Below, in pieces: positions 1 to 12,700 of a DNA stretch of 64,000 nucleotides. Source of the DNA: Anthoceros angustus (Eukaryota; Plantae; Anthocerotophyta); the NCBI GenBank assembly GCA_010909165.1, contig VJWM01000204.1, forward strand, positions 1 through 64,000. The letters run 5' to 3'. Every line of letters begins with the position of its first letter. Position 1 is the stretch's first letter. Position numbers and translations under genes: made by a program. The notes below the pieces were generated by a model that saw nothing but the letters and a program-made list of their open reading frames with translations, ran no database searches and was not told where the DNA came from.

Positions 1-699
1 GAGGATCGAGGAGGATAAGGAAAAGGAGGAACATGGATAGCACTGGATCGACTGAGTATACCCGGACTGGAGTGGGCAACGACCTAACCCACTATGGCGT
101 GCACCGGACTACGCCGGGTAACGGGATAAGTCCGGACCCCACTCCGGGTCAAACAGATAAGTACGCCAGGAAAGTAACTTAGAAGTTGAGCCGTGAGGAT
201 GACCAGGCGGCGCCACGTGACGGCCCCGAGTGGAGGTCGGCATGCAGCAGCCAGACTGCGGGCCGCAGGCAGTGTATTCACGCCCGATCGCGCGGGCGCG
301 TAAGGCCGAGTACGCGCGCGAAGGCCGCAGGTAAGCGGAGGCGAAGGTCGGTAAGCCATGCACTCGCGCACGGACAGTGGAAGAGGCGCCCGCCGCCGTT
401 ACTCCCAAAGGCGCGTGGGGGAAGGTCATTTCTTACCGAGACACCGCAGCCTCTGCGCCCGCAACCCGCCTCGCGCTATCTCTTTGAGCGCCAAGCACCT
501 TCGAGCGTGGTTCACCGCCGGGTTGGAGCAGAACGCGCGAGGAGGGCGATCGTGCTGCCGACTCCGGCCAGCTACAAAGAACAAGGGGAGAAAGGCGATG
601 GCACCCAAAAGCTCATGGAGGTTTGGGAGCCATGGAACCTCGTGAGAGCGCAACATTGTGACCCGCCTATCCGGACTTTGGGCCCGGGCCGGAGGAAGC

Positions 700-3160
700 G
701 GAGAATTAGTTGAGGAGTGGCACCGGATGTGTTCCAGTGCCCGACGCTCGACAATTACCCGTCCGGAGTTCGCCCGAAGATGTTGGGCGGTCAACAAGGA
801 GGTTCGGTCCAAGAACCTCCGGAGGACCCGAGGCGATGGACCTTGAGGTCCCGAGGGCGCCTACAACCGCCCAAAGGAGGAAGAAGGGGGTGCCGAGCCC
901 CTCAAGGCTAAGGAAGATAGGGCCGCAATGCGGCGCCGAGGCTCGAACGCAGAGGACAACCAACGGCCGGTTGATATCCGACCGCCGATACCGAGTAAGG
1001 GCGGTAGCCCGATCATTGTCCATTGAACTCGCCACCAAGGTGGATCACCTTGGTGATAACTGGTATTCTCGCATGCGCCATGGGGGAAGAGGGCGGACTG
1101 GGAAGGATTATCTTCGCCTGCGGGCCAGAGGCCCGCAAGCAAGGGAGCGAGAAGCCTCGATCTGGGCCGCCCCCATACCGATCCATGTATGGGGACATTT
1201 CGAGCCCCTCAAGGAGGGAGAGCTTGAGCGCCCAAAGGACGGAGGCCCCGCCAAGTGGAGCGCAAGGGCGCCCGAGGTGGGGATCAAGGCCAAACGACCC
1301 GGAGGAGGACGACCGGGAGGATTCCGACTCCATACGTCCGAACGGACCCCTCACCACCTGTGGAAGTATGGGAGGAACCGCCTCCTCCTCCCGGTGCCCC
1401 ATGAGCCAAAGGCAGCAGAGGCGCCCCGACCCAATAGCCCACCACCACAACCACGAGCTCACCGACCGGAGGGAACCAAGAGACGCAAGACTGCAACAAA
1501 GCAGACTGTGACGGTGCCAAGGTTTACCCCCGCCCACGGAGTGGCAAGAAGTCAAGAGGCGTAAGGAGGGCGTAAAGGACGCCGCCAGGAGCAGGAGGTC
1601 ACCGCAGCCGCACTCGAGCCGCCCTGCCTCGATGCTGTGAAGAGGCAAAAGGGCTTGCTCCCGACTCTCACCTCCTCCTCCGAGCCCTGTGAGAAAAAGG
1701 GCGAGGAGCTCGCGCCAAAAGGGCCAAGGAGGGTGAAGCTCGAGCAAGACTCGTGACCTAAGGGTCCCGATTAGGTCCGGAGAACCCGACTTACTCCGAT
1801 CAAGGGTATGGAGGTCTCATGGCGATCTGAAATGCCCGCCTCCCACTACGGACTTTGTGGGAGCCTCACTATGGCGGCCGTGGAAGAAACACGGGTCAGC
1901 TACCGTCATGGACGGTATGCTTTGGGGTCTCTGGGATGGCCGAGAAGACCCGGAGGTAGAAGCCACCGGGCGTATGGTACTCCTCCGGGAGGCGGTTGGA
2001 GGGGGGAGGAGGAAGGCCGGCTCTCGGCCGGGTGAGAAGGAGGCCGAGGAGGAAGTCTGGTCCATTCGGGCCGGACTAAATTCCTTGGAGGAGGCGGTGA
2101 GGCAGCTAAGGAGGCCCAGCGGTGAGGACCTCTGCAGGCGGAGGGGTAGTGCGGGAGGCGGAAGAGGCCGGGCGCAGCGAGGAGCTCGGGACTGGCGGAG
2201 GCGGCCCTAGACCCGAGCCAGTGAAGCCCAGTGAAGGTGGCCGAGGCGGAAGCCGGGCCGCGATCACTATCGGCGTGATCGCCGGTGGAGGGAGGCGGTG
2301 GGGTAGTGCAGAAGGCCCGGCGGGCAGCGGCCAGCAAGAGCCGTGTGGAAACACTGGAGGCCAGCACCGGGAAATCGGGGACCTCAGTGCAGAAGAGGGC
2401 GGCGGGCTGGAGGGCAGCAAGGACACCTTGGTTACAACTCCAAGGCGCATTGAGGCACAAGGGTTCTCAGCAGAGTCCAAGACTTGACGGGAGATAGGCG
2501 CCTCCGGCTCTGCGAAGATGGAGGCGGGAGGCGGGCAGCGGACCAGCCATGCCAGGAAGCTCGCGACAAGGAGATGGAGGATCTCGGACTCGGCTCGTGA
2601 GGTGGAGGCGGCGGGGGAGATGGAAGACCGCAAGGAGACCTTGGGTCAGCCCAAACTACCATTGAGAGGAATGGTAGTCAGGCGTGATCGCGATCACGAA
2701 CGAGAAATAGAGCGGCCACACATGGACGGAGGCAAGACGGATGGAACAGGAGGTGGACGCCGAAATGGAGAAGGACTGGAAGCCCGCACCGCAGAGTTGC
2801 CCGACCGTCTGAGAGGGAGATGGCGGAGTTAACGCCTGATGACGGAGAGCGAAGCACCGGACGCAAAAGAAGTCACCGTCCATGAGAAAGGCGAAGGGAA
2901 CGCGCGCTATGGGGTAAGTCGCGGAGCGGAAACGACGGAGTTGGAGTGTGGAGCAACAAGCCGCATGGAGGTGACCGAGGCCGCCTTGTAGCCTCGCGGA
3001 TACGCCCGCATCACCGCCAAACCCGGCAGGAGGTGGTCCAACAAGCCGGGCAAGACGCCTCCCGAGCACCTATGGCGGGAGACGGTGCCCGGCACACGGA
3101 AGAGGCAATCCAACAAGTTGATCTGACTTTGCCTATTACCACGCCGAGCTCCTAAGACAG
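700..3160 (+). mobile_element. Frameshifted GC-rich accessory (env-position/ORF3-like) coding region, probably from a non-chromovirus Gypsy element
   Basis: Joining frames gives NGRLISD..VRAVARSL..SPPRWITLVITGILACAMGEE.(D)WG(R)IIF..EASIWAAPI.IHVWGHF, followed by an E/R/A-rich coiled-coil-like tail. From memory this resembles accessory ORFs of bryophyte/fern LTR elements; not verified by a search. Boundaries approximate. Confidence 0.4.
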
Positions 3161-3599
3161 CCTCCACTCACCGCAATAGACGGACCGGAAGGCCCAAGGG
3201 GAAGAAGGGCATGGGACAAAGACGGGACTCTAGTGGCCCCTGCGGAGACGACGGGGAGGAGCATCAAGAGGAGCGACGCCGCAACGGACCCTGTGGTAAG
3301 TTCACCGCAACCCTGGAGAAGAGGGGGGCCTGGAAGGAGGAGGAAGGAGGAGCCAACCCACCCAAGACAAGGGTCGGGTAGGGATGAGGACCCAGCAGAC
3401 GAGGTCTGCAGTAAGGGTCCGGAGCTGGGGACCGGACTGCAAAGTCTGACCCCGAGGTCCGAACCCCAGAGACGAGGCCGGACCCAGGACTGACTCAGAA
3501 ATAAGACTGACTGAGTTCGACCGGAGTCGAGACCGACCTCGAGGTCCCGGACAGCAAGAAGGAGGAGCCCCTTCGACTTACGCTTAGGGGAGCAGAGAA

Positions 3600-4290
3600 T
3601 GGGTGGCCCCACCGGAGGGGACCCACGGGAGGCTGGGAGGATGACGTTGGTAACGGGCGGCCGCCGATCACGCCGAGCCCAACCCGACAGTGATTCCGGA
3701 GAAGGAGGGGTCCCGCCACGGATCATCCGATTGCGCGCCGAATCTGTGACGGGAGATTGACCACCAATCCCAAGGAACCCGGACCTTCCCACACCGCCGA
3801 CGAAGGAGATAGGGGGAAATAGGATGGTAGGCGGCCGATTAGTATACCGAAATGGCCATCCCCGTAATAGGTGTAATAAAGACGCCGACTTGGCGTAGTA
3901 TAAGAGGGTCAGGCTCAATAAATCATCTTCTTGGTGTTGATGCCGCTTTGCACCGCGTGTGTCTTCTTGCTAACGTGAGTCCCGAGTCACCGAAAGGTGC
4001 ACGACCCGAGAGAGATCAAGGTCCCGTGACGGACCCCAACGGTTGTGGTGTGCGTGGAAGGGTGATCGGGACCTCGGCTCGCCCGCAGCCGCGCCCGGCC
4101 GAACGGACCGAACGTGAGCCGAGGGACCGGGAGGGCGTAGAGCCCGGACGAGAGGCCCAGAACGACGGAGGGGTCCTGACTGTAGCCCGCCTTCCCTAAG
4201 ACTGATAAGTGTAGTGTGAGTGGAGAGAGGAACGGACTAGAGGTGCGAGTGACGAACGTGAACGATACGGACGCGAACGGGTCCTTAAAC
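3600..4290 (+). repeat. Candidate LTR-like segment
   Basis: Purine-rich CTTAGGGGAGCAGAGAA just upstream, TATAAG and AATAAA at ~3900-3925, ends in GGGTCCTTA followed by TTTGGCC (PBS-like position). No second copy in the window to confirm it. Confidence 0.2.
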
Positions 4291-4579
4291 GTTTGGCCAC
4301 ACCGGCCCGCGTGCGAACGCTGAGTAGTTAGACGAACTTGAATGTGCGGAGACCGAATGACGCAAAGTAAGTGAGAATCGTCAAACGCTGCAAACGGAGC
4401 CTATCATTCCCTTGGGAACGGACTTCCTACAACGACACGGATTGTGCGCCGGCCGGCTGCCGAAAGTCGCTACCATAAACGCTCGGACTCCGGACAATCT
4501 GCATCGCCAAAGAATCCATGGCATTGAAGGCAGCATAACCCAAGAAGAGGCGGAGTCACCCCAAGGCCGAAACCCCTCA

Positions 4580-7500
4580 GAATATGGTGGCCATGGCTGA
4601 TCAGATGCCGAGCTGCAGATAGAAATCGGGATGTGTAATCAAGAAGGTGCCGCTAGATTCCGGTCGAGTCAACATCATGACAGAGGAGACCGCCTAAGCT
4701 TGGGTTGCGATAGAACATACATCAAAGGTGTTATGTGACATGTCCAAAATGGCGCCTGGGGAGTTGACGGAGTCCTAACCCATATTGGTACCATTCTGCA
4801 CTCATGGACTACGTGGTCATTAAACAAAAAGCGCCTGTGATATGAGGTTCTCATTGACTAACATGGATGTATGGGGCACGCTGCACCTTCAAATGGGCAA
4901 GGAAAGGAAGTGATTCAAACCTTGGACCGGGACCCCAAAATTAAGGAGGAAGGATATGTTTGACTTGGAGCAGATACGACGCAGGGAGACACCCACAAAC
5001 GGAGGGATACACTGTAAGATACCTGGGGAGGATGAGAAGGAGAAATTCCATTCGCATATTTCGTGGTCGATGAAGAGGACGATTACGAGAGATATTCCAC
5101 ATTCCATCAACCTATTAGGGTGCTATGGAGTCACAATTGATGAAGAGTGGGATCGGACCGTGGGGAACGACAAGGAACAGAAGGCGGTGGTCGAACCGGG
5201 AGCGACGATCCGACAAACTTCGGAGGGGTGCGAGGAGGGTGTCTCACGCTTTACGCAACCTATTCCGGAATGGGGAATGCCAAGGAGAACCAAGAACCGG
5301 AGGAAGGGTTCTGATCACATCCGCTGGAAAGAGAGGGTGGGATGAGGTCAAGACGTGGAAGGTGTTGCCCGGCAAGGTCCTTAAGTTTTAACATGAGCGC
5401 AAACTTGGGGGATGAAGCACTGTTGGAAATTTATCCATGCTTTTGCTTTTGACGTTATGACATGAAGGGTATACCGAGGAGTGGGGAGCACAAGATTGAT
5501 CTGAGCCGTGTCCGGATACCACAAGCTAAATCCAAAGTATTCATGAAGGTAAAGGAACAATTGAGCTTTACTTATGCTGGACGCCATATATCCTATTGTG
5601 ACATCGGAGGGTAGCCCCAATTGTGGTGGTCCCAAGAAGCGTATGGGAAGATACGGGTACGTCCAGATTGGAGGAAGTTAAACAAGGTGACCAAAAAGAC
5701 CACTACCCGCTTCCATTCATAGACAACATAATCGGACTTAGCGGAGAATGGTCTACCTGCCTCGGATGGGTATTCGGGTATAATCACCATCTCGTGGAGA
5801 GTGATTGGCCACACTTTCACTACTGATCGGGAACCTATGCCTACAAACGGAGCGCGCTCGATTAACAGGGCACCGTGTGATCCTTCATGCGATTGTCAAG
5901 ATTTTCAAGGAATACCTGGACTTCATGGAGGTCTTCCGATGACTTCGTGTTTAAAAAAGATCACCTCAACCACCTTCGCAAATGTTTGGAACGATGTCAC
6001 TGAGACCCTAATTGTGTCTACATCCCGAGAAATGTTATTTCATGCCGTAGGTATTTTGTTGGGGCACCGTGATTGCCGGGGATAGAGGTCGACCCGATAA
6101 GGTCAAAATCATCACCGCCACCTACCACATCAAGGAGCTTAGGGATTCTCGAATGGTAGGCTATTATCGAAGGTTTGTGAAGAATTGAAGGGCACGCTGT
6201 TGCTTCGCAAGGACCAGGAGTGGAATGGACGCAAAACGAGGAGGCCTTCAATGATCTTCAACCACCGATCACAAGACCCACGCGGGCCGGATCGAGCAAG
6301 AAACGGTGTTTGTAGACGCTTGCCTATGCAATCGGAACCATTCTAAGCCAAAGGGATGACAAGAAGCACGATTACCCAATCTATTATGCAGGAGGCACCA
6401 CCGACGCAGAAGAAGTATACCACCACCGAGGGAGGCGCTGGGATGGTGTACTGGTGCAAGTTTCGCCACTATTTGCTATCCCACGAGTTCGCCTTCCATG
6501 TGGACCACTTCGCCTCAAACACCGGTAAACAAACTGACTTGTCCGGACGCATAGCAAGATGGATCCTACTCGCAAGAATTCACGCTCACGGTGGAGACAA
6601 GGAGGGAGTAAACATGCAGTATTACATTTCGAGGTCAAGACAGAGGAGGTTACACAGACCAAAACGACGATTTTCCTGGCGAAGCTTTGTTCGCGCAGTA
6701 GTTAGAGGGGAAGCGCAACCATAAGGCGAGGGTAAATGGTGGCTCGGCAGAAATGAGAAGGGGAGGGATACACAAGGCCCACCCACGGGAGATGATGGAA
6801 TTCTGAAACGGGAAAATACCCGGATCTTTCAAACCGCAAGCGCTTTGTGCACTATATCCGCTTGTACGAACAATCAGCAAAGGGACCGGACGGATGGGCG
6901 GTGACAAGGAGCAAAGTTATCCGATGATGGAGATGCACGAGGAGAGCGGGGACATTTTGCAGACATATCACGTGCAAGAAGGTGCTCAAACGGGTATTGG
7001 TGGCAAACCATGCATCGTGATGCTAGGAGTTTGTTAAACGCTATGCTCGAGGGTTGGGAAACCATCCAACCACCCAATGGCCAATGGTTCCGATATTGGC
7101 CCCGCGCCATTCGAGAAATGGGGAATAGACTTTGTTGGTCCCATACACCAAGACGCGAATACATCCTCGTGCACCGACCATTGCACGCCAGATGGTGGAA
7201 GCACCGCAGTAGACACAAACATGTGGTGTGTGTTCTATGAATGATTATCACCGACACGTTTGAACTTGTCAATGGCTGTGAGGGTTCGCCAACGAAGTTA
7301 TATCTCATATGACGATCTACTTCAACGCTCGCCACAGAAAACGACTTATAATCCCAAGGCAAATGGCTTAACTAAAAGGCGAATGGGCTTTGTGCAGATC
7401 CTCAAAAGCTAACGTGGAATGCGCACGATCGATCTAAGCTTCACTCCGCCCGGGCATACAGGATCGCAGAAAATAACAACGCAACAAACACCCAGATTAC

Positions 7501-7856
7501 CTCACCTACGGCCATTCTCCTAATGCCTATTGAGTTTGAAATTCTACCGCGATCTGTGAAACTAACCGCAAGAGAGGAAAGTCACCGAACTGGTCGCCTT
7601 TAAACATACAGAGGATAGGGAACAAGGCGGAGCGAGATATTCAAAGCGGAAAATATGGCATGACAAGGCTAAGCAAGAGGGTAGTCCCCGTGACTTGGCC
7701 CCGCGCATAACAGGTATATGCACTTTCCGCAAGCTCCACCTTCGATGGATGGCAGAGTTCTCAAGTTTCACCAATGGATCCGCATAACCGCAAGAGTTAG
7801 GTGGCCCACTACCAACCCGAGTTAATGGGTGGAGGGTCAAGAAGTATTATACCTAA
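4580..7856 (+). mobile_element. Ty3/Gypsy non-chromovirus (Athila-like) pol: protease-RT-RNase H-integrase, frameshifted
   Basis: PR KVPLDSG-VNIM (~4645-4680); RT KDHYPLPFID (~5695), DGYSGYN, FMEVF.DDF (~5925-5945); RH VFVDA, KKYTTTE, HYLLSHEFAFHVDH, LSGRIARWILL; IN GHFA, GYWW, PFEKWGIDFVGP (~7107), YNPKANG; ends VNGWRVKKYYT-stop. No chromodomain seen. Confidence 0.9.
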
Positions 7857-8189
7857 GTTGGCGAGGACGCCAACAAATGAGAAGGGGAGTATGTAAACGA
7901 TCCGACTTGGAAACCCCTGGGACGTGCCTGAAGTGTTTTTTTTTGTTTTTTGGTCGAGTGGTGAAAATAAGTCGTTGATAGTAGGCAAGGGTATTTATAA
8001 AAGAAATGTCCTTGGCCTATGGTTTTCTTTGTTTTGATTTTTAGGTTAGAAAATAAATGGTCCGGAATTGTTCCTTGGCCCATGGACTTGGGAATGTTCC
8101 ACTAAAAGTCTATATATGTGAGGTAGGGGGTTGGTAATTAGAGTGATAGGTCTATAAGTTGGAGTCAACCGGGCAGAGTCGAATGAGTG

Positions 8190-10430
8190 TGGGGTTGTGG
8201 ATTGTGGGAGCGGAGAGTCTAACAGGGTAGGGGAACCCGGGAAACTTAACCCTAGGAAATCCGCTCAAACAACGGAGCGCGGCCGGAGGAGCGAGCCGGA
8301 GCGCAACGACGGCCGGAGCGACGAAGTCGAGGAGGTCCGGGGCACCGCGATCGCAGGAGGCGCGAGGCGCAACAGGGGAAGGAGCTCCAACCCCATCCGA
8401 CATCGCGAGGCGCGACGCAGAGGAGGAAGGCGCGACACGCGCTTGGCCGAGGAGGAACCTGAGAGACCCCGTGAAATTCGCAGCGAGGTGGCGATTTGAG
8501 GCGCGAGACCGTGAGACTGGAGGGATGGCGCCAAGGTCACCAGATTGTGCTTGCCCAATGGCCAAACATGGATCATTGGAAAGTTCGAAATGGGAAGGTG
8601 AAGGAGTCAAGCTTGGTTTCATGGAAGAACGGTGGAATTACATGAACTTGGACTGTGCAGAGTGTGCGCACGGACAAATAAACAAAGGGGATTTAGAGCG
8701 AAGCAGGATTGGGACCGGAAGGAGGGTGTATCGCAGAAGGAGGAGGCGGCTTGGTGATGGAGCCGTCCCAAAAAGGAGCACAAGAAGAAGCAGCACCGCC
8801 CGTTAAAGCGACCGGAACCCAACGTCGACGAGGATTTGGCAACAACAGCTTGATGGGTCCGCCGATGGTCCTATGTTTCGCAAAGACAAGAAGTGGATTA
8901 TTTGTCCGACCACTTGCCCTTCCATGAAGTGGTGGTCAAGCGAAGATCGATTGACCAATTCTCTCGACAAGTTGTGTGAAGAGAGGTTGAACTTGATTTC
9001 CCCCCTACCCCTCTCTAATCTCACCATTTCGTCCATCTTTATGTTTACGCTAACCGCTGAGGTGGAGATTGTAGCCTCCACATGTGGAAGCTAGGGAGGT
9101 GAAATGGAAGGAGGAGCCCAAGGAGGAAATCGAGGAAAAATCTGATAGCCGGGAGTCTGGCTGTGCGCCTGAGGAAGAGAAGGAAATTCTACCAAAGAAA
9201 AGAGGAAGACCGGGGTGAAAGACGGCATCAAAAAAAGGTGAATGCCACCACTGTGTCGAAAACTACCACACATGAAAAGGCCAAACGCTTGAGGTGGCGT
9301 AAGAGGAGGCGCGATCCGAGGACAATTTTGTCCGACTGGATGCGATGATGAATCAACCCGAGGGTTTAGGTCGACCTCGCGGACCCTCCTCAAAGATGGG
9401 AAGAGATTTTCAAGGGACTCCACCGGCAACAGAGGTGGATGCAACCGACTGGTGGAGGGTGCGACTGCCGGGAGGAAAGTTCTCGACAGAGGGATGGCGC
9501 GCGGGCCGCCACAACAAGTGGATTTGCGGTGAGCCGACCACATCGGCGATCCGCCCAAGCATTTGTTGGATCAAGCGGCTTTAGCTCTCACCGGCCTGGG
9601 CAGGGGCGACGGAGGAAGTGGTGAAGGCCAGTTTGATTAAGAGGAGGCCAAGCGCAAGCAATCGGAGGAAGACAAGCGAACCTAGAGGAAATAAGGGCCA
9701 AGATTCAAGAAGATTTGTGCAGGCCTGTGAGAAGTTGCAAGCCATGACGAGCACAGGAAGCACTCATGGCTCAAATTAAGGATGCCCACGAGACGAACCA
9801 GAGATGCAGGGAGTTGTTGCGAGCCCAGAGTGGAGGCGGCCTCGGGAAAAGGCCCATAAGTCGTGAGCGATAAACGGAGCGGATGAGGCACGTGGCCGAG
9901 CCGTAAAAGACAAAGGGAAGGGAAGCGGGTAGCAGTGACCACGATGAGTGGAAGGAACTACCGAGAAGGAAGCAAAGAACCGAGGTAGCCGAAACCTCAC
10001 CTACCGTGGTTGTCGAATGAACGACTGAGGAGTCCACTACCGCGTAGTGGAAACCGCACCGACATTGGCGCCCAACCCGCACATGAGCGGAGCAACAGAC
10101 GCGACGTGCACCCCGCTGAGGACATGGACCAGTGCAACTGTGTAGCCTACGGAGGAGGGGTAAGCACCTCAGCTGCAGCAGGGGGTCCTATTATATTGCG
10201 GCACATGGATGAGGAAACTTATGTTCCTGGTCTATATGTGAATGGAGAACGCGTGCTTAACTTCACTGTCCATGTGCGTGTGGAAATAGGAGGGATCAGG
10301 GCCTACCTACTGCAAGTGAGGACCCGGCGCATACTTCTACCATCGCGCCCGAGTGGGGGGGGGTTTTATTGGAGGCGACTTTGGAGGAGTTAAGTGAGGA
10401 GGAGGTCCAGTTGGGTGGACGAGGAACCAG
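8190..10430 (+). mobile_element. Probable 3' accessory ORF region of the same Gypsy element (frameshifted, cut off by the array)
   Basis: GC-rich, purine-biased coding-like sequence downstream of the pol stop and a short AT-rich spacer. Position matches Athila env-like ORFs. No 3' LTR before the array starts. Confidence 0.35.
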
Positions 10431-10559
10431 AATAATCCTCAAAGAAATTACCCAAAGAAAGGCGAGACCTAAATCGAAAGATTTCTCCGCACCATGAACT
10501 TAAAAATCTCACATTCTTGCAAATATCTTTTAATAATCGTGTGATCTACGGTTGTTAAG

Positions 10560-10664
10560 GTTTGTTCAATGAAGATTCATGTTCTCCTTTATAGAGGGAT
10601 GAGTTTATGCATGTATGTTCCTGTGTGTGCTAACGAATTCATTCTCTCTACTTGTTCCCTGTAG
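10560..10664 (+). other. Predicted 105-nt spliceosomal intron in the kinase 5' leader (example; one per 230-bp module)
   Basis: AAG|GTTTGT donor, GCTAAC branch site at 10629-10634, pyrimidine tract TTCTCTCTACTTGTTCCCT, TAG|G acceptor. Confidence 0.75.
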
Positions 10665-10746
10665 GTTTCCCTAGAGGGCACGTAAATTACCCAAAGGGCG
10701 GGACCTAAACCGAAAGAAATACTCCTATTTATCAATCTTTAAAATT

Positions 10747-11545
10747 ATGGAGTCCACAATGAAAATTGAAGTGAGAATGTTTGAAGAAAGATACATATGT
10801 GGAAAATGTATCGGTGAAGGAGGTTTTTCCAAAGTCTATGAATGCTATGACAAATATACGGAAAGATATTTGCCTGCAAAATTATGAAAAATCTAAAGAC
10901 ATAAATGATGCAATATGTAGAGAGATCAACACTCTTGATCTCTTCCAAAATATTCTCATATTATTAACACAAAAGTGTTCATGAGGATATTGAACATATT
11001 TATATTGTGATGGAGCTATGTACCAATGGTACAAAGGATGAACTGGGAGGGGAGCTTGTGAAGAGGATGCAAAATACTTATGTTTAACCTAATGGAGGCA
11101 ATCAATTTTGGCATAATGTTATGCATCGCGATTTGAAACCGCTAATATACTATTACTTAGCCGCTCTCAAAGTCATACTAGACTTTGGTTTATGCTTCCA
11201 TGTCTCCAAAGCGAACATGAATTATTGCTGGGAGCTGCAGGAACCCCATGTTACATGGCTCGGAGGTATTGAGTCAAGACGATGTAAACATAAGCTATAC
11301 TTCAAAAGCCGATATTTGGAGCGCAGGAGTCATTTTGTATGAAGTTTTAACGGAAATCGTCCTTATATAGGATATGAGTTCGACAAAAAGAAGAATGGAT
11401 AACTCAATTGGACCTAGATGAGTGGCCCAACATGTCACACAAGTGAAAGATCTACTACACTCAATGTTACATTTAGAACAAGAGTGTAGACCGGATGCAG
11501 CAAGTTCTAAACCATTCTTGGTTTTGCTCGCTATCTTATATATGA
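10747..11545 (+). CDS. Ser/Thr protein kinase, CAMK/CDPK/PPCK-like, kinase domain only (copy 1; frameshifts probably sequencing errors)
   Basis: Consensus across copies: MESTMK..IGEGGFSKVY..FACK..REINTL..IVMELC..HRDLKPANILL..LADFGL..GTPCYMAPEVL..DIWSAGVILYEVLTG..RPDAQQVLNHSWF..SYI*. Confidence 0.85.
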
Positions 11546-12039
11546 AAGATAGTAATTTTATTATATAAGAACTTTTATTTGTATTATATATTTTAATATA
11601 ATGATTTTTATTTTAACTTTATTCATAATTTCATTAAACCACTCTTCGCCTCTTTCTTGTGGAAAAGTCTTCAAGCCATGCTCATGAAATTGATGTAGTG
11701 AAGCTAAGATTGGAGTATATCGCTATGTGTTTAGCCGAGTGCTGTTTTGGTCATTGTCATAGCATGGCATAATAGCATCGGACAATTTCTTCTTCTATAG
11801 CTACGCATATTATAGTTACTAAATCGCATGTTAGAATCGACGGGTTCGCAAACCACGATTCTGCGGCTCTAAGCGGGCCTCAACGTGTTGTGGGACCACA
11901 CCAAGGGTGTGCGAATGTTTTGAATCATGAGCGAGTGAAACGTGGCCCGAGGCGGAGTGTGAAGATGGCGGCGTGCGAGAAGGAAAATTGGCATTTAGGG
12001 TGGAAACGGCTATTGTTGAAGTCCCACCTTGCGGCCCAG

Positions 12040-12700
12040 GAGAGAACTCCTAGCAGGGCAATGGACACCCGTTGCCCGAAAAGAAGCCATCACACAAAGG
12101 GGGGGCGGCCGTGGTAGGCTGCAGGCCTTGATGAACTGGAGAAATCCTTGCCCATGGCCCCGTGAGTCTCGATGGCAAGGGGATGAAGGCGTGGCCCTTC
12201 TTGCATGGGCGAGTACTTGTGAACGTTCGTTGTCGCGCATCTCTCCGCCACCCAACCTGGAGGGTTGATGATGACGTGCTTGCAGACGGTGTCCCGGGCA
12301 AGGTCTGTTACGGCCACATCCACAACGGAAACCTGGTCCCCCCTCGGCCGTCGAGAACATGGCGTCGCGGACGGCGTGATGCGTAGCAATGCGCTGCCCG
12401 CCAGCTGGAGAGCGAGGGGCTACGGCGACAGGTCTAAAGAGAGCAGGCCAAAGGTTGGACCAAACCCAGGCAGAACTTCATCGCGGTAGAAAACGAAGTC
12501 GGTGCGACTCGAAATACTTTGATGCAAGGTCGGGCTAGAAGCCATGAACCTGCTCCCTTCCCCGAGCAAGAGCGGAGGCGAGCTCGATGGTCAAGGAATG
12601 GAGGAATCGAGGAGCAAAGCCGTGACGTGCCCATACAAGTTTCTTCTCATGGAGGGAGGCCAAAGCCCCACGCAGCGTCAACGAGGACGACGCGCATGAC
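12040..12700 (-). mobile_element. Remnant of a CRE-like non-LTR retrotransposon C-terminus (post-RT/zinc-knuckle/restriction-like endonuclease region), unit 1
   Basis: ARLRSCSGKGAGSWLLARPCIKVFRV..FSTAMRF.LGLVQP..GGQRIATHHAVRDAMF..VVDVAVTD..GWVAERCATTNVHKY..AFIPLAIETHGAMGKDFLQFIK..QRVSIA (frames joined across copies). Motif order matches RLE-type elements. Confidence 0.75.

Noticed and set aside
4170-4200. Minus-strand PPT plus LTR start (CTTAGGGAAGGCGGGCTAC-AGTCAGGACCC)
   Set aside because: No minus-strand internal domain follows and there is no partner LTR; cannot be supported.
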